A program made the translations under genes and the position numbers. A DNA stretch of 64,000 nt from Nitrospirota bacterium (GTDB lineage Bacteria > Nitrospirota > UBA9217): assembly GCA_963845065.1 (NCBI GenBank), contig CAWJQQ010000003.1, positions 192,001 to 256,000 on the forward strand, read 5' to 3'. The notes under the pieces were generated by a model. It saw only the letters and a program-made list of their open reading frames with translations. It was not told the origin of the DNA and searched no databases. Below are positions 11,219 to 22,903 of this stretch, in pieces. Each line of letters opens with the position of its first letter. The stretch's first letter is position 1.

Positions 11219-13021
11219 ATGAATACTTTAAAATTTATAGTTCACTACGCCAGAAAAAGTATCGATATATTGAAGATACACGGTCCAGGCCGGCTTTTTG
11301 AAAAAATTAAATATAAACTGATATATTATTATTATCATGAACAACAGTATCAAATTTGGATTAAAAAGAATGAACCATCACAAAAGGCACTAAATGCACA
11401 AAGAAGCTCAAAATACTTATATCAACCGAAAATCAGCATTATTGTGCCAACCTTTAATACGAGGAAGAATTTTTTAATTGAAATGATAGAGTCAGTGATT
11501 GCCCAGTCATATACCAACTGGGAGCTTTGTATAGCCGATGGAGGAAGTAAAGAAAATGAGGTACAAGAGGGTTTAAACAACTATTCAACAAAAGAAAAAA
11601 GAGTTAAGGTATTGTTTCTACCTAAAAATCTTGGAATTGCTGCGAATTCAAATGAAGCCATTGCTCTTGCTACGGGGGATTTCATTGCATTTCTCGACCA
11701 CGATGACACCCTTGCGCCATTTGCTCTATACGAACTCGTAAAGGCAATCAATGAAAACCCTTCAGCAGACTTTTTCTATTCTGATGAAGATATACTTTCC
11801 GAAGATGGGAAGAGGAGGCTCAATCCTCAATTTAAACCTAATTGGTCCCCAGACCTTTTGCGAAGCGTTAATTATATCTGTCATTTTACTGCGATATCAA
11901 AAAAATTGTTGAATAACATTGGATATTTCAGAGAAGGTTATGAAGGGAGTCAAGACCACGATCTTTTTTTACGCGCCACGGAAAGAGCAAAAGCTATCGT
12001 GCATATTCCCAAAATATTATATCACTGGAGAAATCATTCTGCTTCGGCTGCCATGAATATGTCGTCCAAGATGTATGCATTCGAATCTGGGAAAAAAGCC
12101 GTCAGCGATCATTTAGATAGGCTAAAAATGTCTGGATCAGTTGAAGATGGCTTTTTTTTGGGCTCGTATAAAATTAGATACCATATTAATGACTCGCCAC
12201 GTGTCTCTATCATTATACCGAATACAGACCATGCTCAAGATTTAAAGAAATGCATCCGGTCTATTATCGATAAATCAACTTATCGTAACTTCGAGATAAT
12301 TATCGTTGATTGTAACAGTTCGGAAGATGATGTACTGAAACTCTATATACAGCTAAAAAAACACGATTTTATCAAGATCATCGAATGGCATGCCTCTTTT
12401 AATTATTCGATAGTAAATAATTTCGCTGTTAACCATGCAACAGGCAGTATATTGTTATTTCTGAATAACGACACAGAAATCATTAATCCGGATTGGATAG
12501 AAAGACTGTTGGATCACGCTGTTAGAAGTGATGTGGGCGCCGTTGGTGGTAAACTCTATTATCCTGATAATACCGTTCAGCATGCGGGCATCGTTTTAGG
12601 ATTAGGCGATATTACGGGCCATGCTCATAGACACTTCCCCATGGACTCGCATGGCTATATGGGCAGGCTGCACGTTGTGCAAAATGTATCGGCGGTTACC
12701 GGTGCTTGTCTCATGACTCGGAAAAAAGTCTTTCAGGAAGTCCAAGGTTTTGACGAAGAATATCCTCTGGCATTCAGTGATATCGATCTTTGTTTGAAAA
12801 TGCGTGAAAAGGGGTATCTCGTGGTATGGACACCTTTTTCTGAGCTCTATCACGATGAATCAAAAACGCGCGGTTATGAGGATACAGTGGAAAAACAAAA
12901 ACGATATCGCAAAGAATTAGAGAGGTATCGTATAAAGTGGAAACATGTGATTAATAAATGTGATCCCTATTATAATATAAATCTTTGTCATGAAAAGGAA
13001 GATTTTTCCATTAAATTGTAA
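11219..13021 (+). CDS. Double-domain GT2 glycosyltransferase (O-antigen/rhamnan type)
   Basis: DHDD, SDED, KPNWSPD, LLFLNND, QHAG and AVTGAC motifs. Confidence 0.9.
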   Translation: MNTLKFIVHYARKSIDILKIHGPGRLFEKIKYKLIYYYYHEQQYQIWIKKNEPSQKALNAQRSSKYLYQPKISIIVPTFNTRKNFLIEMIESVIAQSYTNWELCIADGGSKENEVQEGLNNYSTKEKRVKVLFLPKNLGIAANSNEAIALATGDFIAFLDHDDTLAPFALYELVKAINENPSADFFYSDEDILSEDGKRRLNPQFKPNWSPDLLRSVNYICHFTAISKKLLNNIGYFREGYEGSQDHDLFLRATERAKAIVHIPKILYHWRNHSASAAMNMSSKMYAFESGKKAVSDHLDRLKMSGSVEDGFFLGSYKIRYHINDSPRVSIIIPNTDHAQDLKKCIRSIIDKSTYRNFEIIIVDCNSSEDDVLKLYIQLKKHDFIKIIEWHASFNYSIVNNFAVNHATGSILLFLNNDTEIINPDWIERLLDHAVRSDVGAVGGKLYYPDNTVQHAGIVLGLGDITGHAHRHFPMDSHGYMGRLHVVQNVSAVTGACLMTRKKVFQEVQGFDEEYPLAFSDIDLCLKMREKGYLVVWTPFSELYHDESKTRGYEDTVEKQKRYRKELERYRIKWKHVINKCDPYYNINLCHEKEDFSIKL

Positions 13022-13148
13022 TTTATAGAAACAGTTTAAGGAAATATCAAATATAATCATTACTCAGAACTTGTCATATGTCTCAGCTTCCCGATAGTTA
13101 CAACTTGAATAATGCATTTTATTAATGCTGTAAGATAAAGTTTGTCTG

Positions 13149-14294
13149 ATGAGTGAATCAAAAGATAAAGTATTCATAAATGCTACCTCTACGCTGGAAA
13201 ATCCAGTTGGAATAGGTGTCTATACAAAAGAACTTACAGCTGAACTTATTCGTTCATCTTCAGGACACAATATAGATTGCTTGGCCTTCACGAGTTCGCA
13301 TGAATTAAAGAGTTCTTTTACTGATAATATTTCTCTCGTGAGCCGTTATACATCACCATCCCTTAATTATCGTGGATACGTTTTACGATTATTGTGGCTG
13401 CAATTTATCATGGCCTATCATTTGTTGCGACAAAAACCTGATATTATCTATTCCACTGTACCAGAAGGCATGTTAATCCCGCTAGAGAAGCAGATAATTA
13501 CCGTTCATGACTTATTGCCGATCCGATATCCTGAACTGTATCCCAGGATGCGATATCATTTTTCATGCATATTGCCTATCCTGTTGCGAAATGCAAAGGC
13601 GATTATTTGTATTTCAGAACATACCAAGAATGAAGTTATAAACTACTTCGGAATCAGGGACAGTCTAATCCATGTGATCTATGCGGGATTTAACGGTAGC
13701 AGATTTTACAAGAGAAGTAAAGGGTTTGTCTTGCAGAAATATGGGATTTCGAATGACTACCTGCTCTTTATCGGAGACATGAGGCCATATAAGAACTTGG
13801 AACGGACGCTAGATGCAATCAAGCGGCTGAAAAATAGAACTATTCAGTTTGTCATCGGAGGGAAAATAGATTCCCGATTTTATCCTGCTGTAGCAAGAAA
13901 AGTCGGGGAACTTCATCTCGAAGACAGTGTAGTCTTTTTAGACTATGTGCACGAGGATGATTTGCCATATTTGTATTCAGAAGCGAAGTTACTTATCTTC
14001 CCTTCGCTTTACGAAGGTTTTGGTCTTCCTCCGCTGGAAGCAATGGCGTGCGGTTGCCCGGTAATTGTATCTCGTGCAGCAAGCTTGCCGGAAGTTTGCG
14101 GAGATGCAGCTTATTATGTCGATCCACTCAGTGTCGATAGCATTGCTTTAGGGATTTCAACTGTTCTGGATAATGCGAATATCCAAAAAACACTTATTTC
14201 GAAGGGCTTGGAGCAGTCTAAGCTTTTCAGTTGGGAAAAATCGGCCCAGGAACATCTTGAGCTTTTTAAAAATGTGGCGGAATGCAGATTGTAG
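13149..14294 (+). CDS. GT4 glycosyltransferase
   Basis: TVHD and YEGFGLPPLEAMACG motifs. Confidence 0.92.
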   Translation: MSESKDKVFINATSTLENPVGIGVYTKELTAELIRSSSGHNIDCLAFTSSHELKSSFTDNISLVSRYTSPSLNYRGYVLRLLWLQFIMAYHLLRQKPDIIYSTVPEGMLIPLEKQIITVHDLLPIRYPELYPRMRYHFSCILPILLRNAKAIICISEHTKNEVINYFGIRDSLIHVIYAGFNGSRFYKRSKGFVLQKYGISNDYLLFIGDMRPYKNLERTLDAIKRLKNRTIQFVIGGKIDSRFYPAVARKVGELHLEDSVVFLDYVHEDDLPYLYSEAKLLIFPSLYEGFGLPPLEAMACGCPVIVSRAASLPEVCGDAAYYVDPLSVDSIALGISTVLDNANIQKTLISKGLEQSKLFSWEKSAQEHLELFKNVAECRL

Positions 14295-14358
14295 TAATTC
14301 ACATAATTGCTTATTCTTTTATGAGCATTTTAAAACCGAATAACTGTCATGCGCCTTT

Positions 14359-15492
14359 ATGAATAGAAAAGAACCTACGGTTATTATAAATGCCACATAT
14401 ACACACGATAATCCAACTGGACTGGGGGTATATACATATGAGCTTACGAAGGAATTATTAAAAAAGCAGCGTGATATTAAGTTAAAAGCCTATACAAGCT
14501 CGATAAATTTAAAAAAGGAATTTCCCGATATTGTTAAAATGGTAAACCGGAGAACATCACCGTCATTCGGTTGGCAAGGGCATCTTTTGAGAATGCTGTG
14601 GCAGCAATGTGTTCTTCCTATAAGGCTAAAAAACCAAAAGCCGAGTCTCATTTTTTCGACAGTTCCTGAAGGGATATTGTTTCCTTCCATAAAACAGATA
14701 ATTACCATCCACGATATTATCCCGATTAGGTTTTTATCAATGAAATCGAACATGAAATATCATTTTAAGCACACGCTTCCGATTCTCATAAAGAATTCAC
14801 AAGCGATCATCTGTGTTTCTGAATTTACGAAACGGGAAGTGATTAACTTATACGGAATCCATGACAAGCCTGTTTTTGTTATCAATGAAGGATACGATCG
14901 AGAGAAGTTTTATCAAAGGCCCTTTGGAACAATAAAACAGAAATACAAAATTCCTCATGATTACCTTCTCTATATAGGAGATATGAAACCGTACAAAAAT
15001 ATCGAAAAAACGCTTGAAGCTTTTAAGCGGCTAAACCTAAAAAATCATGTCTTTGTAGTCGGAGGAAGAAAAGATTCACGTTACTATCCAAACATTAAAA
15101 AAAAGATAGACGAACTTGCTTTACATGACCGGGTAATCATGCCGGGTTACATAGCCGAGGAGGATCTTCCTAACCTGTATTCCGAAGCAACTGCGTATAT
15201 TCAGCCCTCTCTGTATGAGGGGTTCGGTCTGCCTCCACTAGAGGCTATGGCCTGCGGCTGTCCTGTCATCGCATCACGAGCTGCAAGTCTTCCTGAAGTC
15301 TGCGACAATGCTGCCTGGTATATAGATCCTGAAGACGTGGGCAGCATTGCCGAGGGGATCTCTAAGGTGCTAACGGATACGATGCTTCGATCGTCACTTA
15401 TTCAAAAAGGCTTTGCACGGTCAAAATCCTTCAGCTGGGAACGGTCCGCACAGGAGCACCTCAAAGTCTTTGAGGAGCTTGTGAGATTATGA
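14359..15492 (+). CDS. GT4 glycosyltransferase (paralog of the upstream gene)
   Basis: TIHD and YEGFGLPPLEAMACG motifs. Confidence 0.92.
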   Translation: MNRKEPTVIINATYTHDNPTGLGVYTYELTKELLKKQRDIKLKAYTSSINLKKEFPDIVKMVNRRTSPSFGWQGHLLRMLWQQCVLPIRLKNQKPSLIFSTVPEGILFPSIKQIITIHDIIPIRFLSMKSNMKYHFKHTLPILIKNSQAIICVSEFTKREVINLYGIHDKPVFVINEGYDREKFYQRPFGTIKQKYKIPHDYLLYIGDMKPYKNIEKTLEAFKRLNLKNHVFVVGGRKDSRYYPNIKKKIDELALHDRVIMPGYIAEEDLPNLYSEATAYIQPSLYEGFGLPPLEAMACGCPVIASRAASLPEVCDNAAWYIDPEDVGSIAEGISKVLTDTMLRSSLIQKGFARSKSFSWERSAQEHLKVFEELVRL

Positions 15493-16595
15493 AAATAGCA
15501 ATCATACACGACTGGCTAGTAACGTATGCAGGATCTGAACGAGTGCTTGAAGAGATTATCAAACTCTATCCAGATGCCGACCTATTCAGTCTTATGGATT
15601 TTTTGCCCGAGCACGAAAGACATTTTCTAGGGCACAGGAAAATCCAGACGTCTTTTCTCCAGCACGTCCCGTTTGCAAGAAACAAGTACAGGAGTTACCT
15701 TCCTTTAATGCCCCTAGCTATCCAGCAATTCGACCTTTCCGGTTACAAGCTTGTCATCTCTTCTTCTCACGCAGTAGCGAAAGGGGTGCTGACAACATCG
15801 GATCAGTTGCATGTCTGTTATTGTCATACGCCCATACGGTACGCATGGGATTTACAACATCAGTACCTGAAAGATGCAGGTTTGGACAAGGGCGTTAAGG
15901 GGAAAATAGCCCAACTTATATTACATCAAATTCGCTTGTGGGATTATTCTGCTTCCCGGAGAGTAGATCATTTCATAGCGAATTCACAGAACGTTGCCGC
16001 AAAAATAAAAAAAAATTATGGTCGTGAATCTTCGGTAATATATCCGCCAGTTGATGTAGAGAAGTTCCATCCTGGGTCGAAAAAAGATGACTTTTTTTTG
16101 ACGGTTTCCAGGATGGTCCCTTATAAAAAAATCGACCTTATTGTAGAAGCATTTTCGCAAATTCCTGACAAGAGACTTGTAGTTATAGGAGATGGACCGA
16201 GTCTTTCTAAAGTAAAGTCAAAAGCTGGCAGTAATATTGAAATACTCGGATATCAACCAGATTCCGTCATATGTACCTATCTTCAAAAGGCGAGGGCATT
16301 CATCTTTGCTGCAGATGAGGATTTCGGGATTTTGCCCGTAGAAGCACAAGCTTGTGGAACTCCGGTTATTGCATATAAAAAAGGCGGTGTGCTGGAAACC
16401 TTGATCAATATGCAAACAGGGATTTTTTTCGAGGAACAAACTGTGGCGAGCTTGATCAACGCTGTTCAAGAGTTTGAATGCTCGCAAGACCGTTTCGAAA
16501 GTAATATTATCCGTAAGAATGCGGAAAAATACAGCAGGGATAGATTTAGGAAAGAATTTCTGGCTTTGATGGGAAAGATCATCGTTAATCGATGA
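15489..16595 (+). CDS. GT4 glycosyltransferase (WbaZ-like mannosyltransferase)
   Basis: HDWL..YAGSERV, CHTPIRYAWD and EDFGILPVEAQACG motifs. Confidence 0.88.
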   Translation: MKIAIIHDWLVTYAGSERVLEEIIKLYPDADLFSLMDFLPEHERHFLGHRKIQTSFLQHVPFARNKYRSYLPLMPLAIQQFDLSGYKLVISSSHAVAKGVLTTSDQLHVCYCHTPIRYAWDLQHQYLKDAGLDKGVKGKIAQLILHQIRLWDYSASRRVDHFIANSQNVAAKIKKNYGRESSVIYPPVDVEKFHPGSKKDDFFLTVSRMVPYKKIDLIVEAFSQIPDKRLVVIGDGPSLSKVKSKAGSNIEILGYQPDSVICTYLQKARAFIFAADEDFGILPVEAQACGTPVIAYKKGGVLETLINMQTGIFFEEQTVASLINAVQEFECSQDRFESNIIRKNAEKYSRDRFRKEFLALMGKIIVNR

Positions 16596-16737
16596 CAGAT
16601 GATTGAAGCGAAACATCCCAAACGAAGGAGGATCAGAAAATAACGTAAGCGTGCAGAGTTAAGCACTGTTTTATCTAAACTTGTAATAGAAGACGTTTTG
16701 GCAGTTCAGCGATCCTATAGCAGTGCACCATTGTGTG

Positions 16738-18219
16738 TTAATATGCGCCTTCTTTATTCAAAACAACACGTATGGTTTGAAATAGAATCATGATGTCGAG
16801 CCAGACTGACCAATTGAGCACATACCACGCATCTAGTCTGACCCTCATAGAATAATCCAAATTATTCCTCCCGCTCACTTGCCACAGCCCCGTAATCCCT
16901 GGACGCACCATGTGGTAGTAATCAGAAAACTCCCCGTAGTATTTCGTTATTTCCTCATTAATCACAGGACGTGGCCCGACGAGACTCATGTCGCCGCTTA
17001 GTACATTAAAAATCTGCGGAAGCTCGTCAAGCGATGTTTTTCTCAGAAAAGCGCCCACACGAGTTATTCTGGGGTCATTTTTCAATTTGAAATAAGTTTC
17101 CCATTCAAGGTTCGCACTAGGATCTGTAGTCAGAATATTTTCAAGACGATCCATTGCGTCATGGTACATGCTTCTGAATTTATAAACAGTAAATGGCTGT
17201 CCATTGCGCCCTCTTCTCGGTTGCCGATAAAATATCGGTCCAGGAGAGTCGAGTACAATAAGGAGTCCGAGTATCCCGATAACAAAAAGAAGCAGCGGCA
17301 TAAAAATGAGAGAAATGGCGAGCTCAAGCGACCTCTTTATGAATTTGTTAACGGGTGACTTAAGGTTGTTGTTGATTTTTAGCAAGAACATCTGTTGCAA
17401 AAAAAAATGATGCAGCTCAGTGTTCGTGAGCGATACACCCTTAATGTCAGGAATTAGCAGGATATTTTTTGTATGTTTCTGAATTTTCGCCGTGAGTTCG
17501 GCTAGTTTCTCCACCGCGAGAGAAGGAATCGCTATGATAACCGTAGAGATGTTAAGGATATTTACAAATTTTGTAAAATGTCTGATTTTCCCGAAAACAT
17601 CGTATGTCGAGCCGGCAATTTCCACCTGCCTGCCGATTCTATCATCGTCGTCAAGAAAGCCGATAATGTTATAGCCAAGATGGGTGTTTCCAGCGATTCC
17701 CCTTGCTATGGCTTTCCCTGCTGAACCTGCACCGATAATAATTACGTTGTCCCGCCAGAGACCCATTTTATAAAAAATCTTCTTGCCGATAAAGCGAAAG
17801 AACGGGAAAAAGAACAGACTAAAGCACCAGAGAAAGACAATCGTTAATCGAGAAACATTTTCTGACGTCTTGGTTAAAGAAAGAATAGAGAGAATAGCAA
17901 TCGTGGCTGCTGAAGTTGCTTTACTGAGTTCTCTAGTCTCATCCCAGAATGGGAGTCTCCGAATATAGAGGCGTTCATATAGAATAAAAGATAAAAAAAT
18001 TGATGGAAACCACCAAAAGCCTAAAAAATACAGAAGGGGGAAAGGCTCTAGGAAACTGCTGCTAAAGAGAAGGTACAATAGTTTTCTGAGATAATAAGCG
18101 GCAAGAAGTGATGAATAAAATGCCGCGATATCCAGCAATAACAGCATTATATTTTTAATTCTATTTCTAATATCCTTTATCAAAAACCACCTTCGGTAAT
18201 CTTTATTTATCACGATCAA
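16738..18219 (-). CDS. wbaP: Undecaprenyl-phosphate galactose phosphotransferase
   Basis: N-terminal TM segments, [31 protein letters not shown] and [12 protein letters not shown] motifs. Confidence 0.88.
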   Translation of the reverse strand: MIVINKDYRRWFLIKDIRNRIKNIMLLLLDIAAFYSSLLAAYYLRKLLYLLFSSSFLEPFPLLYFLGFWWFPSIFLSFILYERLYIRRLPFWDETRELSKATSAATIAILSILSLTKTSENVSRLTIVFLWCFSLFFFPFFRFIGKKIFYKMGLWRDNVIIIGAGSAGKAIARGIAGNTHLGYNIIGFLDDDDRIGRQVEIAGSTYDVFGKIRHFTKFVNILNISTVIIAIPSLAVEKLAELTAKIQKHTKNILLIPDIKGVSLTNTELHHFFLQQMFLLKINNNLKSPVNKFIKRSLELAISLIFMPLLLFVIGILGLLIVLDSPGPIFYRQPRRGRNGQPFTVYKFRSMYHDAMDRLENILTTDPSANLEWETYFKLKNDPRITRVGAFLRKTSLDELPQIFNVLSGDMSLVGPRPVINEEITKYYGEFSDYYHMVRPGITGLWQVSGRNNLDYSMRVRLDAWYVLNWSVWLDIMILFQTIRVVLNKEGAY

Positions 18220-18730
18220 TTTCGATGCAATAAATCTTGCAGTATTTATAAAATATGTAGCAATACGGATTAATGTGTGAAAAAATGGTTGAAAGGCTGA
18301 ATCTAAAATATTCTAGTTGATGCAAAAATGCAAGAGATATACACACAGGTCAAATGACAGTTTCAACTGGTTATTCGTCGCAAGATAAATCCCATGGTGG
18401 TCTTCTTAGATTAAAAATTTTGTTGAATATTAACGTTGATCTTTAATTTATGCAATCAAAAAAGACGAAGAGCTGAATTGACTTGACATGTAGAATAATC
18501 ATCTGTAACATTAACTACTTGCGGCGATTTGCAAATAAAGCCCCAGTCAATAATATAATTTTTTTGGCTGAAATATTGAAACAAGAATTTTATAAGAGGA
18601 TTTCAATGCTCTTATGGGCGATGCCAGTTATAACGAGAACTTTTATTTATTGTTATTCTCCACAAAACATATTCGTTGTTATCCGAATATGAATTAGAAT
18701 AATGCATACGATTATTATGGGAGCGAGTGC

Positions 18731-19504
18731 ATGAAAGTTGTCATTCTTGCCGGGGGTCTTGGCACAAGAATCAGTGAAGAAACGGTAGTACGCCCAAAAC
18801 CGATGGTCGAGATCGGCGGGAAGCCGATCCTATGGCACATTATGAAGATTTATTCTCATTATGGCTATAATGAATTCATCGTCTGTCTGGGGTTTAAAGG
18901 GTACATGATAAAAGAATACTTTTCTAATTATTTTCTCCACATGAGCGATGTGACATTCGATATGAAGCAAAATGTCATGGAAGTCCATGAAAGGTACGTG
19001 GAACCGTGGAAAGTCACGCTGGTCGACACTGGCCCGGATACTATGACTGGCGGTCGGATCAAATATGTTGCTCCCTATATCGGCAAGGAAACATTTATGT
19101 TAACATATGGAGATGGTGTTTCCGACATCGACATCGGACATCTGGTCGCTTATCACAAAGCCCATGGTAAATTTGCCACGGTCACAGCAACACAACCTTC
19201 CGGGCGTTTTGGAGCACTAGACTTAGACGATAAAGAGCGAGTGCTCTCTTTTCAGGAAAAGCCAGCTGGCGATGGCTCTTGGGTGAATGGTGGATTCTTT
19301 GTTTTGCATCCGAAGGTTCTCGATCTTCTCACTGAAGACAATACGGTCTTCGAAAAAGAACCGCTCGAAAAGCTGGCCCATGACGGTCAACTGATCGCCC
19401 ATAAACATCGTGGATTCTGGTATGCCATGGATACGCTCCGCGACAAGAACCACCTCGAATCACTCTGGCAGTCCGGCAGGGCCCCGTGGAAGGTCTGGAA
19501 ATAA
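18731..19504 (+). CDS. rfbF: Glucose-1-phosphate cytidylyltransferase
   Basis: LAGGLGTRISEET..PKPM, TMTGGRI, LTYGDG and MDTLRDK motifs. Confidence 0.95.
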   Translation: MKVVILAGGLGTRISEETVVRPKPMVEIGGKPILWHIMKIYSHYGYNEFIVCLGFKGYMIKEYFSNYFLHMSDVTFDMKQNVMEVHERYVEPWKVTLVDTGPDTMTGGRIKYVAPYIGKETFMLTYGDGVSDIDIGHLVAYHKAHGKFATVTATQPSGRFGALDLDDKERVLSFQEKPAGDGSWVNGGFFVLHPKVLDLLTEDNTVFEKEPLEKLAHDGQLIAHKHRGFWYAMDTLRDKNHLESLWQSGRAPWKVWK

Positions 19505-19523
19505 CTCAACGGAAGACAAACCA

Positions 19524-20600
19524 GTGATTGACAAAAAATTCTGGATTAAGAAGAAAGTCTTTGTCACCGGTCATACGGGGTTCAAAGGTTCCTGGCTCTG
19601 TCTCTGGCTTCATTCCCTGGGAGCACAGGTGCATGGCTATGCGCTCAAGCCGCCGACGGAACCGAGCTTATTTGATCTCTGCAAAGTAGGTTCCCTAATC
19701 CAGTCCTCGACAATCGCCGATGTGAGAGATGGAGAGTCTTTAGCGTCGGCACTGGCAGCATCGAAGGCGGACATTGCCATACACATGGCGGCACAGCCGC
19801 TCGTACGAGATTCCTATACGATTCCTGTCGAAACCTACGCAATCAATGTCATGGGCACGGTCAACTTCTTCGAAGCTATTCGAAGGTGCAAAACCATCAG
19901 AGCTGTAATCAACGTTACCACGGATAAGTGCTATGAAAATAAGGAGTGGGTCTGGGGATACCGAGAATACGAGCCGCTTGGAGGTCACGATCCCTATTCC
20001 AGCAGCAAAGCCTGTTCTGAACTGGTTACTTCTTCATATCGCAGTTCGTTCTTCAATCCAGGGGAATACCATCATCACGGAGTAGCAATAGCATCGGCTA
20101 GGGCAGGCAATGTGATAGGCGGAGGTGACTGGGCGAGCGACAGGCTCATACCTGACTGCATTCGTGCAATTCTAAAAAATCAGAAGGTCCTTATTCGAAA
20201 TCCCCATGCCATAAGGCCTTGGCAGCATGTATTGGAACCGTTGTGTGGCTACATTGCGCTCTCACAAAAACTTTATGAAAATGGCCCTCGTTATATTGGG
20301 GCATGGAATTTCGGACCCGATGAGACAGATGCGAAGCCCGTTGAATGGATTGTGAAGAACTTGTGCAAAAAATGGGGCAGTTATGCTTCATATGAAATTG
20401 ATAAGGGTAAACACCCCCATGAGGCGAATTATCTGAAGCTTGATTGTTCAAAGGCAAAAACTGAACTCAAGTGGCGACCGCGCTGGGATGTTAGCAAAGC
20501 AATAGATAGTATAGTCGACTGGTCTCGTATATATGTACAAGGCGGTGATGTCCGCGAAGCATGTACAGCCCAGATTGAAGAGTATATAGGTAAAAATTGA
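19524..20600 (+). CDS. rfbG: CDP-glucose 4,6-dehydratase (start placed at GTG 19524)
   Basis: TGHTGFKGSWL, TTDKCYEN, PYSSSK and RAGNVIGGGDW motifs. Confidence 0.95.
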   Translation: MIDKKFWIKKKVFVTGHTGFKGSWLCLWLHSLGAQVHGYALKPPTEPSLFDLCKVGSLIQSSTIADVRDGESLASALAASKADIAIHMAAQPLVRDSYTIPVETYAINVMGTVNFFEAIRRCKTIRAVINVTTDKCYENKEWVWGYREYEPLGGHDPYSSSKACSELVTSSYRSSFFNPGEYHHHGVAIASARAGNVIGGGDWASDRLIPDCIRAILKNQKVLIRNPHAIRPWQHVLEPLCGYIALSQKLYENGPRYIGAWNFGPDETDAKPVEWIVKNLCKKWGSYASYEIDKGKHPHEANYLKLDCSKAKTELKWRPRWDVSKAIDSIVDWSRIYVQGGDVREACTAQIEEYIGKN

Positions 20601-21958
20601 GGTTTGACGTGTTAGATAAGAACGAAATAGACCGGCAATTGCGGGGCCAGGTAATTGCCGCTACGGTTCAATATTACGAGTTTAAGCATAAAGGAAAGAA
20701 GACTTTCACCGCCGGCGATCGAATCCCTTATGGAGGCCGTATTTTTGACGAGAAGGAGATTACCGCTCTCGTCGATGCGGCGCTTGATTTCTGGTTGACG
20801 GCTGGCAGATATGCAGAAAAATTCGAGCAGGGCTTCACAGAATTCCTTGGTGTAAAACACTGTTCTCTGACCAATTCCGGGTCCTCTGCTAATTTACTCG
20901 CTTTTATGGCGCTTACCTCTGCTCAACTGGGTGACAGGAGGATAAGGCAGGGCGATGAAGTCATCACAGTTGCTGCAGGCTTCCCGACCACGGTTGCTCC
21001 AATTATTCAATTTGGTGCCGTTCCTGTTTTTATCGATGTAACGCTGCCAACCTATAATATCGATTGCTCCCAACTGGAGAAGGCTCTGTCGGAAAGGACT
21101 AAAGCTGTCATGCTAGCCCATACGCTAGGCAATCCTTTTGATGTGAGTGCAGTAAAAGATTTTTGTGATTCCCACGATTTATGGCTCATTGAGGACAACT
21201 GCGATGCGCTTGGGGCGAAATATAACCATAACAGTGAATGGAAATATACCGGCACCATTGGACATATTGGCACATCCAGTTTCTACCCACCCCATCACAT
21301 AACCATGGGAGAGGGTGGCGCAGTGTATACAAACGATGGCCTGCTGAAGCGTCTCATGGAATCCTTCCGGGACTGGGGCAGGGATTGCTGGTGCCCCTCG
21401 GGCCACGACAATACCTGTAAAAGGCGGTTCACACAGCAATTCGGATCTCTGCCAATGGGTTATGACCATAAATATGTATATTCGCAATTTGGATACAATC
21501 TCAAGATAACGGACATGCAAGCGGCGATCGGTTGCGCCCAACTGGAAAAGCTTCCTGGCTTCATCGAAGCGAGAAAGAAAAACTGGAATATGTTTCGCGA
21601 AGGTTTGGATAGCCTATCGGATCATCTAGTCCTACCTGAGCCGACAAAAAATTCAAACCCTAGCTGGTTCGGCTTTCTCCTCACGATGAAAAAAAAAGCT
21701 GGACATACGCGTGAAGAACTTGTCACTCACCTGGAGAAAGCCGGCGTTCAAACGCGTATGCTTTTTGCCGGCAATCTGATAAAACATCCTTGTTTCGACG
21801 CTATGAGAAGCGAGAAACGAGGATTCAGGGTGGTCGGTGAAATGATGAATACAGACCGCATTATGAGGGATAGCTTTTGGGTCGGTGTGTATCCGGGAAT
21901 GACTGACGAAATGATCAGCTTTACAATCGATACAATGAAAAAGTTCATTCTCACATGA
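20597..21958 (+). CDS. rfbH: CDP-4-keto-6-deoxyglucose 3-dehydrase (E1, DdhC/RfbH)
   Basis: NSGSSANL, EDNCDALG, SFYPPHHITMGEGG (His replaces the PLP Lys) and WGRDCWC motifs. Confidence 0.93.
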   Translation: MRFDVLDKNEIDRQLRGQVIAATVQYYEFKHKGKKTFTAGDRIPYGGRIFDEKEITALVDAALDFWLTAGRYAEKFEQGFTEFLGVKHCSLTNSGSSANLLAFMALTSAQLGDRRIRQGDEVITVAAGFPTTVAPIIQFGAVPVFIDVTLPTYNIDCSQLEKALSERTKAVMLAHTLGNPFDVSAVKDFCDSHDLWLIEDNCDALGAKYNHNSEWKYTGTIGHIGTSSFYPPHHITMGEGGAVYTNDGLLKRLMESFRDWGRDCWCPSGHDNTCKRRFTQQFGSLPMGYDHKYVYSQFGYNLKITDMQAAIGCAQLEKLPGFIEARKKNWNMFREGLDSLSDHLVLPEPTKNSNPSWFGFLLTMKKKAGHTREELVTHLEKAGVQTRMLFAGNLIKHPCFDAMRSEKRGFRVVGEMMNTDRIMRDSFWVGVYPGMTDEMISFTIDTMKKFILT

Positions 21959-22884
21959 AAGTTTTAGTTACCGGCACAACAGGGTTCATCGGGTCCAACT
22001 TGTCGCGCCGCCTTCTTGAGCTGGGGTACGAGGTCCACTCATTCAAGCGATCGTCGTCTGATATCTGGCGATTAGTCGATGTCAGGAAAAATATTATTGA
22101 GCATGTCGTTGATCTGCGCGATGCAGATGCGGTTGGCCGAAATGTTGAGAAAATTCGACCGCAGGTCGTGTATCACTGCGCCACGTATGGAGGATTTGCC
22201 GATCAGAAGGACACAACCGCCATTCTTGAGTCTAATTTTCTGGGTACAGTCAATCTGCTCAAAGCATGCGAAAGAGTGGGGTTCGATTATTTTGTCAACA
22301 CGGGAAGTTCGTCGGAATACGGAATAAAGTCGCATCCCATGGATGAAGGCGATACTTTGGAGCCAAACGGTGATTACGGTGTATCCAAAGCAGCTGCCAC
22401 GCTGTTTTGTCAATCTGAAGGGAGAGGCAAGCAGCTTCCTATTGCAACCTTGCGTCTTTTTTCCCCTTTTGGATCTTGGGATGATCCAAAACGTCTGATC
22501 CCTTACATCATTAAATCCTTTCTTCGAAATGAAACGCCTCAACTGACGTCGCCTGCTTCGGTCCGAGATTTTATTTTCATCGACGATATACTTGACGCCT
22601 ACCTCGCTGTAGTCAAGCAGCCATTTTTCGGTGAAGTATTCAATATCGGTAGTGGTACCCAGCATTCCATTGGAGAAGTGGTAACGCTAGTTAAAGGTCT
22701 TTTCCAGACCGGCATTGAACCGGCTTGGGGAACAGTCGATAAACAGAGACAAGAACCAGGCCTCTGGGTCGCAAAGAATGAGAAGGCCCATACGAAAATG
22801 AAATGGACTCCGTCAACTTCCCTCAAGTCAGGGCTTGAACAGACGGTGGCTTGGATAAAAAATAATCTTAATCTTTATCCTTGA
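21955..22884 (+). CDS. NAD-dependent sugar epimerase/reductase (putative CDP-sugar ketoreductase)
   Basis: GTTGFIG, GSSSEYG and YGVSK motifs; operon context. Confidence 0.85.
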   Translation: MKVLVTGTTGFIGSNLSRRLLELGYEVHSFKRSSSDIWRLVDVRKNIIEHVVDLRDADAVGRNVEKIRPQVVYHCATYGGFADQKDTTAILESNFLGTVNLLKACERVGFDYFVNTGSSSEYGIKSHPMDEGDTLEPNGDYGVSKAAATLFCQSEGRGKQLPIATLRLFSPFGSWDDPKRLIPYIIKSFLRNETPQLTSPASVRDFIFIDDILDAYLAVVKQPFFGEVFNIGSGTQHSIGEVVTLVKGLFQTGIEPAWGTVDKQRQEPGLWVAKNEKAHTKMKWTPSTSLKSGLEQTVAWIKNNLNLYP

Positions 22885-22903
22885 TGTTCTTAAAATATAA
22901 TAT

